64,000 nucleotides of DNA from Phallusia mammillata (Eukaryota), in NCBI GenBank assembly GCA_965637545.1, contig OZ281499.1, forward strand, positions 9,858,001 through 9,922,000, given 5' to 3'. Each line of letters starts with the position of its first letter. Position 1 is the first letter of the stretch. A program made the position numbers and the translations under genes. Positions 23,500-36,000 of this stretch are shown piece by piece. The notes under the pieces are model-generated. The model had not been told where the DNA came from. It did no database searches and worked only from the letters and a program-made list of their open reading frames with translations.

Positions 23500-24720
23500 A
23501 TGTCACTTTGGCCATATGCTGGCGTTTCCATAAAATACGGTTTATTTTCGTTTGCTATTAAATATTTGTTTTTATTAGTTATTCACAAACAAACAAACGA
23601 GTCCATCAAACCATTTAATGTACCTGATCGAACTGAAATGTGATTCAATAAATGCAGTTGTCCCACATGTAGTTTTCTAAATCATCAAAACGTGATCAAT
23701 AATGTATTACTTCTCCAAGTTTTAAATGCAGTGAACAGTTTACTCTCAATAGAGTTGGTTTGACAATTTCAGGTAAAAACATCTCTCAAATAACAGTGAA
23801 CAGGAATTTGTAGATTCGTGACAATTACCGCAATCAGAATATTTTATACAATGTAAAAGAATAGATTAAATTTTTTAAAAACTTGTGGAATTTTGCAAAT
23901 TGCCATAGTATATATGCTTAAAATATAAAATAAGATATTTAAAAAAAATGCTTAAAAAAACGTAGGCCTATTTAACTTGCAAATTTGCAGGAAGTAATTC
24001 GTAATTATATGATCCAAACATTAAGTAACTTAATAGTTGGTTTCGTGCAGTTACCAAAACATTTTACAATTTTGTTCCAGTTAAAATTTGTCAAACTGCT
24101 TGTCTTTACATAGTATACGTAATATACTCGACAGAGTTTGTACAGGTTAAAGTTTAACTAAACCGGACTTCATTCGGGCACTGCATTTATCACTTAATTT
24201 CAGTTTTCTGTCTTTTTTAATCTCTTCTAAAGAGTCGCCACTTTAAAACATAGGCGCAAGAAAAGTGTTTTTTTTTTAAGTTTTATCACAAAACCAGTAG
24301 GATTTGGTAAGAAAACATATAGCACTCTAACTTTTCCTTGAAAATACGAAATAAGTGTTAGTGATAAAACAGTTTGCTTTGCCAAACAAACGTCGCAACT
24401 TGACCATGATAGCTTCTATGGCGCTTATCTTTCTTTAAAAGAGTTGAGAACATTGCCAAAAGTGTTTTTCATGACAAAAGCCCCGAACTAAAAAGCGTGA
24501 TTTTAAACAACGACTAAAACTTACAATCAGTATACTCAAACACATATGCGCGCACCTTGATGATTTAGTGATTACAATTAATTTGTGTCCACATACTGAC
24601 TCGTCTCGAGCGTATACGACTTTATTAAACTATTTGGACATATCTGTATTGTATATATTTATCGCTAGATGTCGTCCCTGTGTTGTGACACTTGTCGCAT
24701 ATAACATCGTATCAAGAACA
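23500..24720 (+). repeat. Duplicate of the 5' and 3' flanks of the 7TM gene with the CDS missing
   Basis: 23510-23740 resembles 25255-25510. GTCAAACTGCTTGTCTTT at about 24082-24099 matches the sequence just before the ATG at 25788. 24540-24700 resembles 27484-27650. Confidence 0.65.
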
Positions 24721-25787
24721 GGAACTTGGCCGAACAGTCAAGGAGCCTGACCATCATACAGTCATGAAAACTGTTGTATTTCTTTGTATTGTTCGCTTAA
24801 GGAGTAAAATAGAATGAAAAACGAAACGAACCAAGCATTTGTAGCTTGGATAATTTCAAATTTACGTAGCACACACGAAAAGTAATCAATGCAGACAAAA
24901 CAGTAATGAACGCGGTACAACTAACGAATCACGTGACTGTGGAATACGGGTGCGCGATTCACTGTCTTAGGGAAAGTACACGAAGCGCAAATATAACAAA
25001 AACCTTAAACGGGATTTGTCTCTGGTAACGTTATGCTTAGCCAAAAACAAAACAGTATGCTGCGTCTTAAACGGTACACCGGCAACTGCATGAAACAGTG
25101 TTTAATTCTTGACAAAACTCACAAGATATTTCTTTGTAATACTTTTCAAGGCGCCAAAAATGTTTGGTGGGAAGTTCTTCTAACATTAACCGAGTAGTAA
25201 AGCATACCTAGACATTTAAATATGATCACAGAAGCTTATTGAATTTTAAACCTAATGGCCATGCTGGCGTCACCAAACAATATGTTGGTGTTAAATATTT
25301 TATTTTGTTACGTATTTGTAAACCAGCGAGAGTCCATTAAATGTTCCGTTGAACCCGAATAAACTGAAACATGATTCAACAAATGCCTTTTGTGCCATAT
25401 GTGGCTTTTTATTTCGTTATAACGTGGTCAAATCTGTTTTACTTCTCGGAGTTTTTAATTGTAATAAACGGTTTATTTAGGCAGTTGATTTGGAAATAAG
25501 AGTGAACAGAAATAGAAATATATAGACTCTAACAGTTTGCACAAGCAGAATATTATATAAAACTTACGAGCTAAAAGACTAATAGCCGCGTGTTTGAAAT
25601 AAGCTTTGGTATTGTAGAAAAAAATGTGTAAACTGTTTTCACAACCGAAAACGGATTCCAATTGAATCGAGTGAGTTGTGACTGTTTTATTAAAACATTT
25701 AGTAGTAGCTGGTTTCGTCCAGTAACTGATATTTTTTTATTATGTTGTTGCAGTAGTGTTGTCAAACTGCTTGTCTTTGTATAAAAC

Positions 25788-26792
25788 ATGACAAACAACA
25801 CATCACTTAGCGTGGTAAACGCAACTGCGCCAAGTACGGCAATGTTAGCTGCAGAATGGAGTTTGCTTGGATTTTTGATTCTCACCGCACTTTACTTGAC
25901 GGTAGCATCGGCAGTTTACCAGTTTACTTCAAATCAACCAGGATTAAAGCTGAACAACAGATTATGCACATTGTCTGGCATTATGCTGCTGTTTTTCTCG
26001 GTGGCACAAGTGGTTGACAACACCCGAATCTTTACTTCAGTAGCAGTTTGCAGATGGTTCACTAACCCATTTCGCCTGTGCTTAGAAATTTCTCGCTTCT
26101 CAGTCTTCTTATCTTTATGGCTTCGACAACATTAAGTTTACAACTCCGTGCACACGACAGCAATATGGACAAAGGTGGCTCAAAAGTTGAGTATGACAGT
26201 AATTGTCGGGATATCATCGTTTTCGATTATCCTCGGTATTGGCATTGCCATCAACTCATTGGCACCCGCAGGAACCCATGAATGTGGAGAACACCCCATA
26301 GCAATATTACTTTTTGTGATCAGCCAAATAGGTTTTACAATTTCACAATTGATCTTGTTGTTACTTTTGCTTTTACCTTTTTGCAAATACTTCTCACATT
26401 TGTCAGATGTCAACACGATCTACGTGCGTTGTGCAAGTACCGCTGTTGTATGCGTTGTTTCAGATTTATTGATCACTGTCGCCATGGCATTTTTGCAAAA
26501 TCTAAAAGCATATGTCTCGGAAATGTTTATTAGTAACCTTATCTACGCAAACTTTGTATTGAACGTGTCCGCTTTGATATGTTCTTTCCCTGATTACGCC
26601 ACAAGGTTGTTTCCCTTCAAACTGTTGTCAAGCACACAAACTACAAATGTAGTAGTTTTGTGTGAATCAGCTTACAAAGGTGATGGAGTTCAGGAAGCTG
26701 GAAATTCAGAAAGACCCAGAGTTATTATCAATGCTTGGGAGAAAGACGTAAAGATAACCACTGTCTCATCCGATATTGATGCATCGAAATAA
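25788..26792 (+). pseudogene. Intronless orphan 7TM (GPCR-like) gene with one in-frame stop
   Basis: ORFs 25788-26135 and 26148-26792 are in the same frame, separated by TAA at 26133-26135 (...LWLRQH*VYNS...). Together they give 334 codons with seven hydrophobic helices, N-terminal sequons (NNT, NTS, NAT) and a Cys at the top of TM3. Confidence 0.8.
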
Positions 26793-27739
26793 TAGAAGTA
26801 ACGATTTGATGTTTATATGTACAAGCAACCTGTTTTGCTTATGTCTTTTCTGGTCTGTTTTCTGTTGAAAGTTTCATGATGTTACAAATGTTTTATTCTA
26901 AGTTTATGTTTTTGTCTCAACGTTGTAAAATCAACATGTGTCCTTGCTAACTTGTATAATTGTACAGTCTTCGAAATATGTAAAAGTTGCACAGTCCCAA
27001 ATCAACTCGTTTTTTACCCAAAGGCCGTCAATTAGAGTTTTACCGTGTTTTTGTCGATGCATATGTTGTTTTATAATTAGATATAATCCTAGAATAATAA
27101 ACAAAAAGAATTTGTGTGTTGTGTTGTGTGATGTTACAAAATTGTTAAAGCTGGTCAAAAAAGAAATTAGTACTTAGACCTTAAACTTTCAATTATGAGA
27201 AAAAAGGACGACTTTAGACTTTTGCTGGGTGCATATGATGTTCCATAGTTATATATGGCCATAGAACAATAAACACAAAAAATATGTATGTTCTGTGATG
27301 TTACTCAATCTTTTAAAGCTGGTTAAAAAATTAGGGCTCATACTCTGCCCAAATCGACCGCAATTTGATTCAAATGCAATAAAAGTAAAGCAACTATAAA
27401 CAAGGTTTGGCAATCGTAACACTTGTCCACCAACAAACAACACTCTAAACGAAATAATTTTATCGGATTAATTACACATAAACAAATATGCGTGCACCTT
27501 GATGATTTGGTGATTACAATCAATTTTTGTCCACATACTACATCGTCTCGTGTGTAGGAGATTTTATTGAACTATTTGTAATGTATGTATTTATCGCTAG
27601 ATGTCATCACTACGTTGTGACGTCACCTGTCGAATATCACATCATACCACACAAAGCTAATGCTGTGCCTATTGTACTACCAGGCGTTTTTCTAAAAGAC
27701 CTCAAAAGGACAATGTTTAAGTTTATCTAACAGTTCGAG

Positions 27740-28925
27740 TGGAAAAATTTCAGCGGACTACGTTGTGTAGAAAGATTGAGGCTGAGAGAATTAATATGCT
27801 GGACCTCGACGCGTATTTGGCGTCACTCAGTGTTACATGGATCATCCGGCCCTTCAGTGATTCGTATGCGTCTCCCTGGAAAACCATCGAAACCTCACTT
27901 GTCAGAAATGCAAGACGTCAATTGCCTTTGCCTCTTGGGGCCACCCGCCTTAGCGCCGGTCGTACCTGGAAATGGACATTTACGTTTTAATTGACCGGTT
28001 CTGTCGCATTTGAAGCACCTGCGTTCACCTTAATGTACTGGACTTTACCGTAAATGTTCGCTCGTCCTCTATAGTGTCGTCATTTCTACTTCCGTGGCTC
28101 AGATGGTTCACGTCAGTTCGACGGTTCTCTGCAAGGTCCGAAATTGCCTATCCTCGAGCTTTATAAGAATCATTTCCATATCCGGAGTAAATTAAGTGTG
28201 ATGTCATAACAGACTACAAGAATCAGCCTCTGTAACAGAGTGGTGACCGACAGATCTGTCTTCGCTTGTCAAGTATACAAAATATACTCATAAAGAGTGG
28301 CAGACGATCAGCGTTAGTGTAAAGTTTTATTTGCAACAGAAATATTAATTTCGCCTATTAAGGCATCGTCAGTTTCTGTCTTATTCAAATAATATCCGGA
28401 GTATTTATGATTCCACCGCAGCTAACAGGAGCTGGTGTGGTCAATAACCAACTGAGCCGCACTCGCGAAATCGCGCGAGTATTTAATGAGATACGAAATT
28501 AAGTTGGCCAAGCGACAGTCGTGTAAACCTCGCAACATAATTACTTACAACATCTCGTTCCTAACGCGGCATCGGAACCATTGCGGTAGGCAAAATCCCT
28601 AAAACACGGAGTGTCAGTCAGTTTATTCCTGCGGCGCTCATTTGCCCACTGTGCTTGTGGCGCAAAGCGCGTTTCTTCAACACTTCGTACTCGACTTCAT
28701 ACCTGTAGCAGTCCTTGTCTTGCAGGGCTCATTTTAGATCCTTATCTATGGTCGAAAGAAACAAATGATCAAGGGCCTTGTGACGCTGCAGCAGCAGGAC
28801 TCGAAGACGATAAAATACCGAGCCAGACCGTCTCCATGCTTCAGTGTTGGATCTTGCATCATGAAGTCAAAAGACATGATAAAAATATAATAAGACGTTA
28901 ACCTAATAAATCACAATAAAAAACA
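27740..28925 (+). mobile_element. 5'-truncated, degenerate non-LTR retrotransposon (L1/Tx1-like ORF2 C-terminus)
   Basis: RTTLCRKIEAERINMLDLDAYLASLSVTWIIR...PWK resembles the post-RT region of Tx1/L1 ORF2. IPAALICPLC followed by a frameshifted LQHFVLD resembles the C-terminal CCHC knuckle. There is an A-rich tail near 28900-28925. Confidence 0.6.
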
Positions 28926-28929
28926 GTCT

Positions 28930-29900
28930 TCCCAGCGAAACCAGCGGGTCGTGGTGGCAGGGTACTGACATGCTCGCCAATTGGTTACCGAATTGCTTTG
29001 ACAGCCCTGGTATTGGGTCTAACGATTTCACGTGGCAGTATTACCTTCGATGAATAAGTTTCAAAACTGCCGATCTGATCTATTTCTCGAAACTGTCTCA
29101 AACGGTCCAGAAGCCTGCAATAACGGCTCACCACAAGAGCCACATCTAAGTTATAACACCTACAATGTTACACCAACGTCGACAAACTAGTGCTCTTTAC
29201 CTGAAAACTACCACAGTATGTGGAAACAAGATCACAAGAAAACGACCGTACACCAGAAGCCCACAAGGAGACTGCCCCGTCCTTAAAAACACGTGCCAAA
29301 CCGAATTTGGCTCGCGGGCCGTTAAACAATCATTGGCTTACACAATTTTACAAGTTGCCTGGTACATCCAGGAGCGCCAATCAAGGATGCGGAAAATGCG
29401 GCGGGGAAAAGGCAGTGCGTGGAAAAAGCGTGCCACTGGAACAACGAAAATGAAAACGGCATTGAGTGGAAATAAGGGAATAGGTGAAAACAAAGAAAAG
29501 TTGTAAGTGATTTTAAAATATAACACATAAGAAATACATTTAATGGTGAACAAAAGTGAAAAGGTATGTGCACAAGTGAAATATATGAAACACAAGTGCG
29601 ACATTTATCCCAATTGACATAAACAGATAAAAAACGTGTTATACAAAACAAATCAACAAGAAAATGTACAGCGGCTAACACGTGAAATATTTTCGCCACA
29701 ATACGTAATAATAAGACGAGACTTTGTGTATTCGTCGCAAATTTCACCTGTCTGCTTTGTTGTGAATCGAGTTGGCTGTGGTGTTTAGTCGGTGTCAGTA
29801 TTAAGCGTATAACTTCATTTAAAAGCGACAAGAAAACCAGTACATAAAAATTGTAGACTGCCGATTGCCATCGGGGAATACCCGAATGGTGCTGAACCCA
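28930..29900 (-). repeat. Dispersed repeat of unknown class (copy 1), possibly a LINE 3' UTR
   Basis: Shares a 34-nt core (28/34 identical) and a long plus-strand purine-rich tract with 36800-37500. Boundaries are approximate. Confidence 0.4.
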
Positions 29901-30066
29901 AAGGCAAACATTAGTCACAACGAGAAGGCTTTATGAGAAAAAAGTGCACAGCGTGCTTCCACGTGTATAGGAACTGTCAGATAACGTCTTTCGTCGCAAT
30001 TTTTGGCTGGCATCTTAACAGGAAACATTTAGTTTACCAGTATTGTAGACTCTTATTTCCTTTACC

Positions 30067-33000
30067 ATGGGAGACATAGAAAACGCTCACAAATCATTTT
30101 CCAAGGACTTGCCAGTTCTTGTTGAAGGTCAGATTAAATGGAGAGGAATCAAGGTCAATGCACCTAATCACAAACTTTGCAGAATAGAAATCAGTAATCG
30201 CGAAGTTTTGTGCAATGAAGAATCTGTTACTGAGGAGGATTTGCCTACAGTGTAAGTACAACCTTTGGATGCCTAAATTTAGGTGTTGTAAGCAGAGTTG
30301 TACGTCGGGCCGGGCTTAACACACTGTGTCGGTATTTTTATTTTGAATAAACTATCTAAGTAACCAGTTTCGGGACCGAAACTAATGTCAAACAGTCCTA
30401 AAACGCCTTGTTCAAGACCAATCGTCTATTGTGTTTGTTGTCTTATCTTTCCTGATGCTTCAGTGTATAGACCGGTCAAATAAACTTTCGGGCTTAAACA
30501 GACTTTTCAAAAACGATTCGGGTTCGGGCTTTCGGGCTCGAATTTCAGGACGGTTTACAACTCTGGTTGTAACTACGACCATCATCATCATTATTGCAAG
30601 TCATCGAGCAGAGATACGAAACTTGCGTTATAATTGTTTTATGTTTGGTGATATTTTAAAATATTGACATATAATGCGGAACAATACAGTATATTTCAAT
30701 ATGATATCGCAAATAACAGATCAAACCGTTGGAAGCAACTGCGCAACGCAGGGCGAATACAGTCAAATCTGCGACATCCCAATGTACAACGGTTTTACGG
30801 GGCAATATGCACACGTAACACTTTCAGGTAAATGAATTCTAACAAAAACAAACTGTACTTTATGTGCAACAATATCTCAAAATTGTCAAATAATAAATTT
30901 TAACTTTAGCATTGTCTTGGAAAACGGATTTCGCGGTCATTGTGATGAGTTTATGAAACAGATGGTCAGTAATTCGGTAAACGGACTGACGGTGCAAAGA
31001 ATGAAATGCAAAATAGCTTTGGAGGTATTTTACTGGTTTTACAATATAAAGTAACAAGAATGCTTTAGGTTTTTTTTTTATCAGCAGTATTTAATGGGGG
31101 AAAAACGTGATATCAACAATAATGGTGCCATGAGCGTCTGCCGAAACGTTTGAACAATAAAGCATGTCGCTTTTCATGTCTCCAAACTTATAAACAGATT
31201 TAGTTCCAAAATAGCAGTATTAAAATGGCATAATACGACTCTTGAAACAGGAACATCAATAAGCGAAACAGGAACATAAAACGTTTTACATCTCCTAAGC
31301 TTAAAGCGGAACATAAAATTGGGTTTTTAACGTCATAGGATATGTCTGTGTAGCTGTGGTCGTTTTGTGCCTTCATTTGTCACGAGTGGTTGAATGCGAA
31401 TAGAAAAGGGGAACTACGGTTTCGTTGTAGTAGTCTCACAAATATTTCTGATTTTTCGCTTCGTACCTTTCAGGTTGTTGAGGGTGCGGAATATTTGCAT
31501 GGACTTGCACCATCTGTTTTTCACATGAACCTGAGACCAAAGAATGTAATCATCACCCAGAACTTTACTGCTAAGGTATTTTTTGAAAGTGCGCCTCCCT
31601 TATGGGAGTTTCATAAGCCACATTACAAGCCTTGTAATCGGGTCTGAAAAGTACAGTGATGTGCAATTTGCTTTACAAACTTATATGAATTTGAACTTAT
31701 GAATTAATTTCATATAAATGATTGACGTCTGTTACAATCATCATCAAATACAAATTTCAACGTAATTTCACCTGATGATGTCCTTTGGAAACGTGTAAAA
31801 GCCTACGTTTACTAAATCACAATCTTTTCACAGTTAACTTCTTTTGAGTATTCCATTCGTTCCCCAGAAGGTATGTTATGACTTGACTATCTAACGAACG
31901 CAGTTTTTTTGATTTGTTTAAACAATCTATTGATTTAAGGTTCGTCAAACTCGTGGAAACGAGATCTTCCAGAAGATTTTGAAGAATATTTGCCCCCGGA
32001 GAGTGCAGATAAGAATGCTATTCCTTCTCAAAAGTGGGACGTGTACAGGTTAAACCCTTATAGTTCTGATATATACCAGGATGATTGAAGTCGAGTTTAT
32101 TTTGCTTGTTGATAGAAAACATACCAACACAATTGCACTAAAGCAATCACCATGCGTAAATTGCTGCGCACTGTTAAAATGTTATGGAGCGCAAAACAGT
32201 GAAGGGTACATTTGGTGGATCAGGACTAAACGAGCTGCAGCTACACCGTTTTATTAAAATTGACACCGTTTAAAAAGTTAAAACAGTAGGTTATTACGCT
32301 TCTGTTTTCTTTTCTTTAGTCTGGTGGTCAAATATTAACCAAAAAAGCCTAAATATAACACACGTTTATTATTGTTCACAGCTATGGGAAGTTTTGGTTC
32401 CAGGTTTATGAAGGTAAAGGCATTGATTTAAAACATTTTAAAATATTTTGTTCAAAATTCAGTTATAAGCAACACGATGCTTTGTGCCTTAAAATGAATA
32501 ACCATTTATTGTAATTTGAAGCGCAGTAATAAAACTTTAATGAACATATTATTATATTAAGATGCCGAAGTCACGAAAAACGGTAAATGTGATGCCAAAA
32601 ATGAAAATGAGTTTCCACCAGTGCAAGAATTCATGGCAGCGGCTACGGAGGCTTTGGAACTAAAACCTCTATCAAGACCAAGTTTTAACGGTAAAAGATT
32701 TTTTTTGTGAACAAGAAACTTTTGACCTGGGCTTTTTAAGTTACTGTATTTAAATTGGTGTTCATTTAATCTGTTGCGAGTAACATTTTTCGGGGAAATT
32801 CCCACGTAAATTTTTAGGTGTTTTCCCAATCGGTTCTTCAGTGTCTAGAGTCTAGACCAGGGGTGGGCAAACTTTTCAGTGCAAGGGCCGCATTCAAAAG
32901 TTCTAAATCTTATCGGGCCGCATAGTATTTCACCAACGGCCGCCAATTGCTTGCTTGTTTTTGTTTTAAAATAACTGGTGTAAAGAATTAGGTTTATATT

Positions 33001-36000
33001 ATATATATACCATTTAAAGCCACCTAAAATGCTTAGATTAATAGTTTCTAACATGGTGCATAAGTTTAGCTAAACGAAGCTGATTGTTTATGACATCATA
33101 ATCTGTATTGTGACGATTACTGTGCCTGTTTTTTCGGATTCTTTGCACACAATAAGCGGATAAACAGGCACCGCATATAGTTAATAGGCTGGTAATCTTT
33201 TTTCCAGTCACACGAAATCTGTTTTTAGCAGTTTAAAATAGTTGGCAAAATAGTTTTAGATACGTCATGGCCTCCAGTGCATGTATTTTAATAAACATGG
33301 TCACAGCCGCACAAACCCGTCTCCGCGGCCGCATGTGGTCGTACACGCCTGATTTAGCCCAAAATATTAACATAGCATATTTTCAGCTATAAACATAAAT
33401 TTGTTGTCAGTTGATTGGACAAACATTGGTTGAAACGCTACAATTGTAATTGTTTCAAAATAAACAAGCACGTTGTTTTGTTAATAAATTCCTTGCGCCA
33501 ACATTAAACAATGCGAGCCGCATTTAGTATCCATCTTTAGGTGTTGTGCGGGTCTGTGTTAACGATTCTGAAGCTATTTTTTGTCTGTTTCCAAAGTACT
33601 GCAAAGACGTAAACTTGATCCAAAGTGACCAAAGTTTTCGCGTCAACAGTGCAAAGTGGGCTGTATTTAAACACGTGAATCGCTTTCACTTTTATCGAAC
33701 GAAGAAATTATGTCAAGTGACGATTTGTATAAGAACGTGGCAGAAACAACAGGCTAAAGCACGAAAAAAGTATCTGTGTTTAGTTCCAAAGTATGGTACG
33801 GTTACAGATACTGCACATGGTATAGGTATCGGCAAGTCGCACCCGCGGTATTTATTTTTATTTTTTAAAACTGTACGCCTGTGCTTATAATAACTTACTA
33901 TTCAGCGTTGCTCGGTAACTATCTTTTTAAAATTTACTAACATTTGGCGGGCCGCATGAACTCCTTTGCCGGGCCGCATGCGGCCCGCGGGCCGTAGTTT
34001 GCCCACCCCTGGTCTAGACAGTTGTTCAGGCTCGTTGGTTTTTGAGCGCGAATCGGTAAAACGTTTACATTCTAGAATCTAGACATTCCTAAATCACATG
34101 GTTCCTTATTTCCAGCTATGTCGCAATATTCTTTTCGAGCGCGAATCATACATATAAGGCCATTTTCGAACGGATATGAAATATCAGGTCATTCTACTTC
34201 AATATAGGTACTAGCAATAAGTCTCACTTAGCTCATAGCTGGGTCATAATGTTCCGATTTGTGAAACACAGCAGTTTTGACCGGAGACAGGCAGAGAGTA
34301 TTCGAGCTCTAGACGGTTCCAAATACGGATTTTCAATATTTTTACACGTATCATGGCTGTAATGCTCACCAATTTCCTCTACGGCCAGTTTTTCTACTCT
34401 CACAATTTTCAACAATCTTTGTTTTTCAGATCTGCAACAAAACTTGGCAGAGCATAGCTTGGATTGCAACCTCAGAGAAAAAGAAAAGGAAGAAATTGAT
34501 GAAAAATGCCCCAAGCAGGTTTCATTTAATCCTAAACTTTTAAAGACTGTGATTTTACTGAAGCGAACAAAAATAGGCTTACAATATTGTTTAAAAGAAG
34601 CTTACAGCTTAATATACAAATATAAATGTTGAACTATTATTTGACAACATTGTAATTTTTTGACATATAGAACGCTGAAGAACCACCAGTCGTTACTGGG
34701 TTAGTAGAATCCAACGGGGCTTCCGAAAACTTGAATAATGAGGCTTCTAGGAACAGGACAAGTGAAACCAATTTTCGCCACCGCCCGAAAAAACTGATTG
34801 AAATAGTTGGAAACGGGAGACAAAATGCAAATGTCCGTCCTGGTAACGCCGTGGCTGTAGTCCGACCAAATATGGCTATTCGTGTGTTTGGTAAGTTCTT
34901 TCATTCGAATAACTTTACTTTTAGATGTGGTAACTTAGTTCCTGTTTAAATGTCGTGGAAACTTTATAACCTATGAAGTACAAAATATAAATCAAAAACG
35001 TCTGAAGGATTTCCATGTTTTGGCGATATATAAGTTATACAAATTAATTTTGACTTTGGTAGGGCTAGTATGAAATCCAGCGAAAATAACGTGTTTTGTC
35101 GCTTAGTTTGTTTTACATGTCTTTAACAACTCTCTCCTTTCTAAATTAAATCGTAAAAAGCATCTCTCAGTCAATCCGTTTCTGTACACCAAAAACAATC
35201 AGAAAGTTTAAACTGTATTCCTTTTTTGCTTAGGAACACTATACACGGACTTGAAAAGTAATTTTGATTCTTATCTGTTTTCTACGCCACCTTTCTAAAC
35301 GCCAGTTCCCTATTATCGCCTGTGACGTCACCTCACACACCTGGCATTTACCTTTTTTCCCTAGTGCTTTATATACCGTGTTCAACAGCTTGATTGACAC
35401 TGATGATGACAACAGAGATTGTCGAAACGTCTGAACGATGTATTCTATATAGACCAGTACCTTGGCAGTAATGTTTTTGATCAAATTATTCCTTTTTACT
35501 TTTGCTCTTTTCTTTCCCTTCTATCATTATTCTTAGGTTTACTTTACTTTTACTGTGTTTTGCAGATGAAGGTTACAGAGTTTACTGGAGGCTGGACGCA
35601 GTTGCACAGCGTCATCCAGTGTTAGCCTTCCTTGCACTTTTGTCAGTAGTTATCGGGGTTGCTGTGGTTTACATTGGCGTTCCCAATAAACGTAAGTATA
35701 GCATCGTTCCTAATAACAAGAAAAGTAGACCGAATAGCATAGTTGTTATTACTTGTCTGTTCAAGTTATAGTTTTAATTTCGGTTTTGAGTGGACATTCT
35801 ACAAACACGGTTTAAAACAAATGTTCTTTTGTAGGCTACTTTGTTCAGTAAATATGTTTGTAATTTCGTTTACAAGACAAATATGTTAGAACTCGTTGAT
35901 CGCAAATTTTACTTTGAGACAAAATTGTAGGCTTATGTACTTTGACCACTTAAATCACGTGCAATAAGTTTGCACTCAAGTCACCTAATGAAGACGACTC

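Noticed and set aside
29165-29918. Several overlapping ORFs up to 198 aa
   Set aside because: Low-complexity, strand-skewed repeat sequence with no recognisable domain or splice structure.
31772-31796. CTGATGATGTCCTTTGGAAACGTG hammerhead-like string
   Set aside because: Stem II cannot close before GAAA, and there is no NUH triplet or stem I; at best a decayed remnant.
34233-34514. Minus-strand 93-aa ORF as a candidate for the missing kinase subdomain XI
   Set aside because: Wrong strand for gene D and no CW...P..RP motif.
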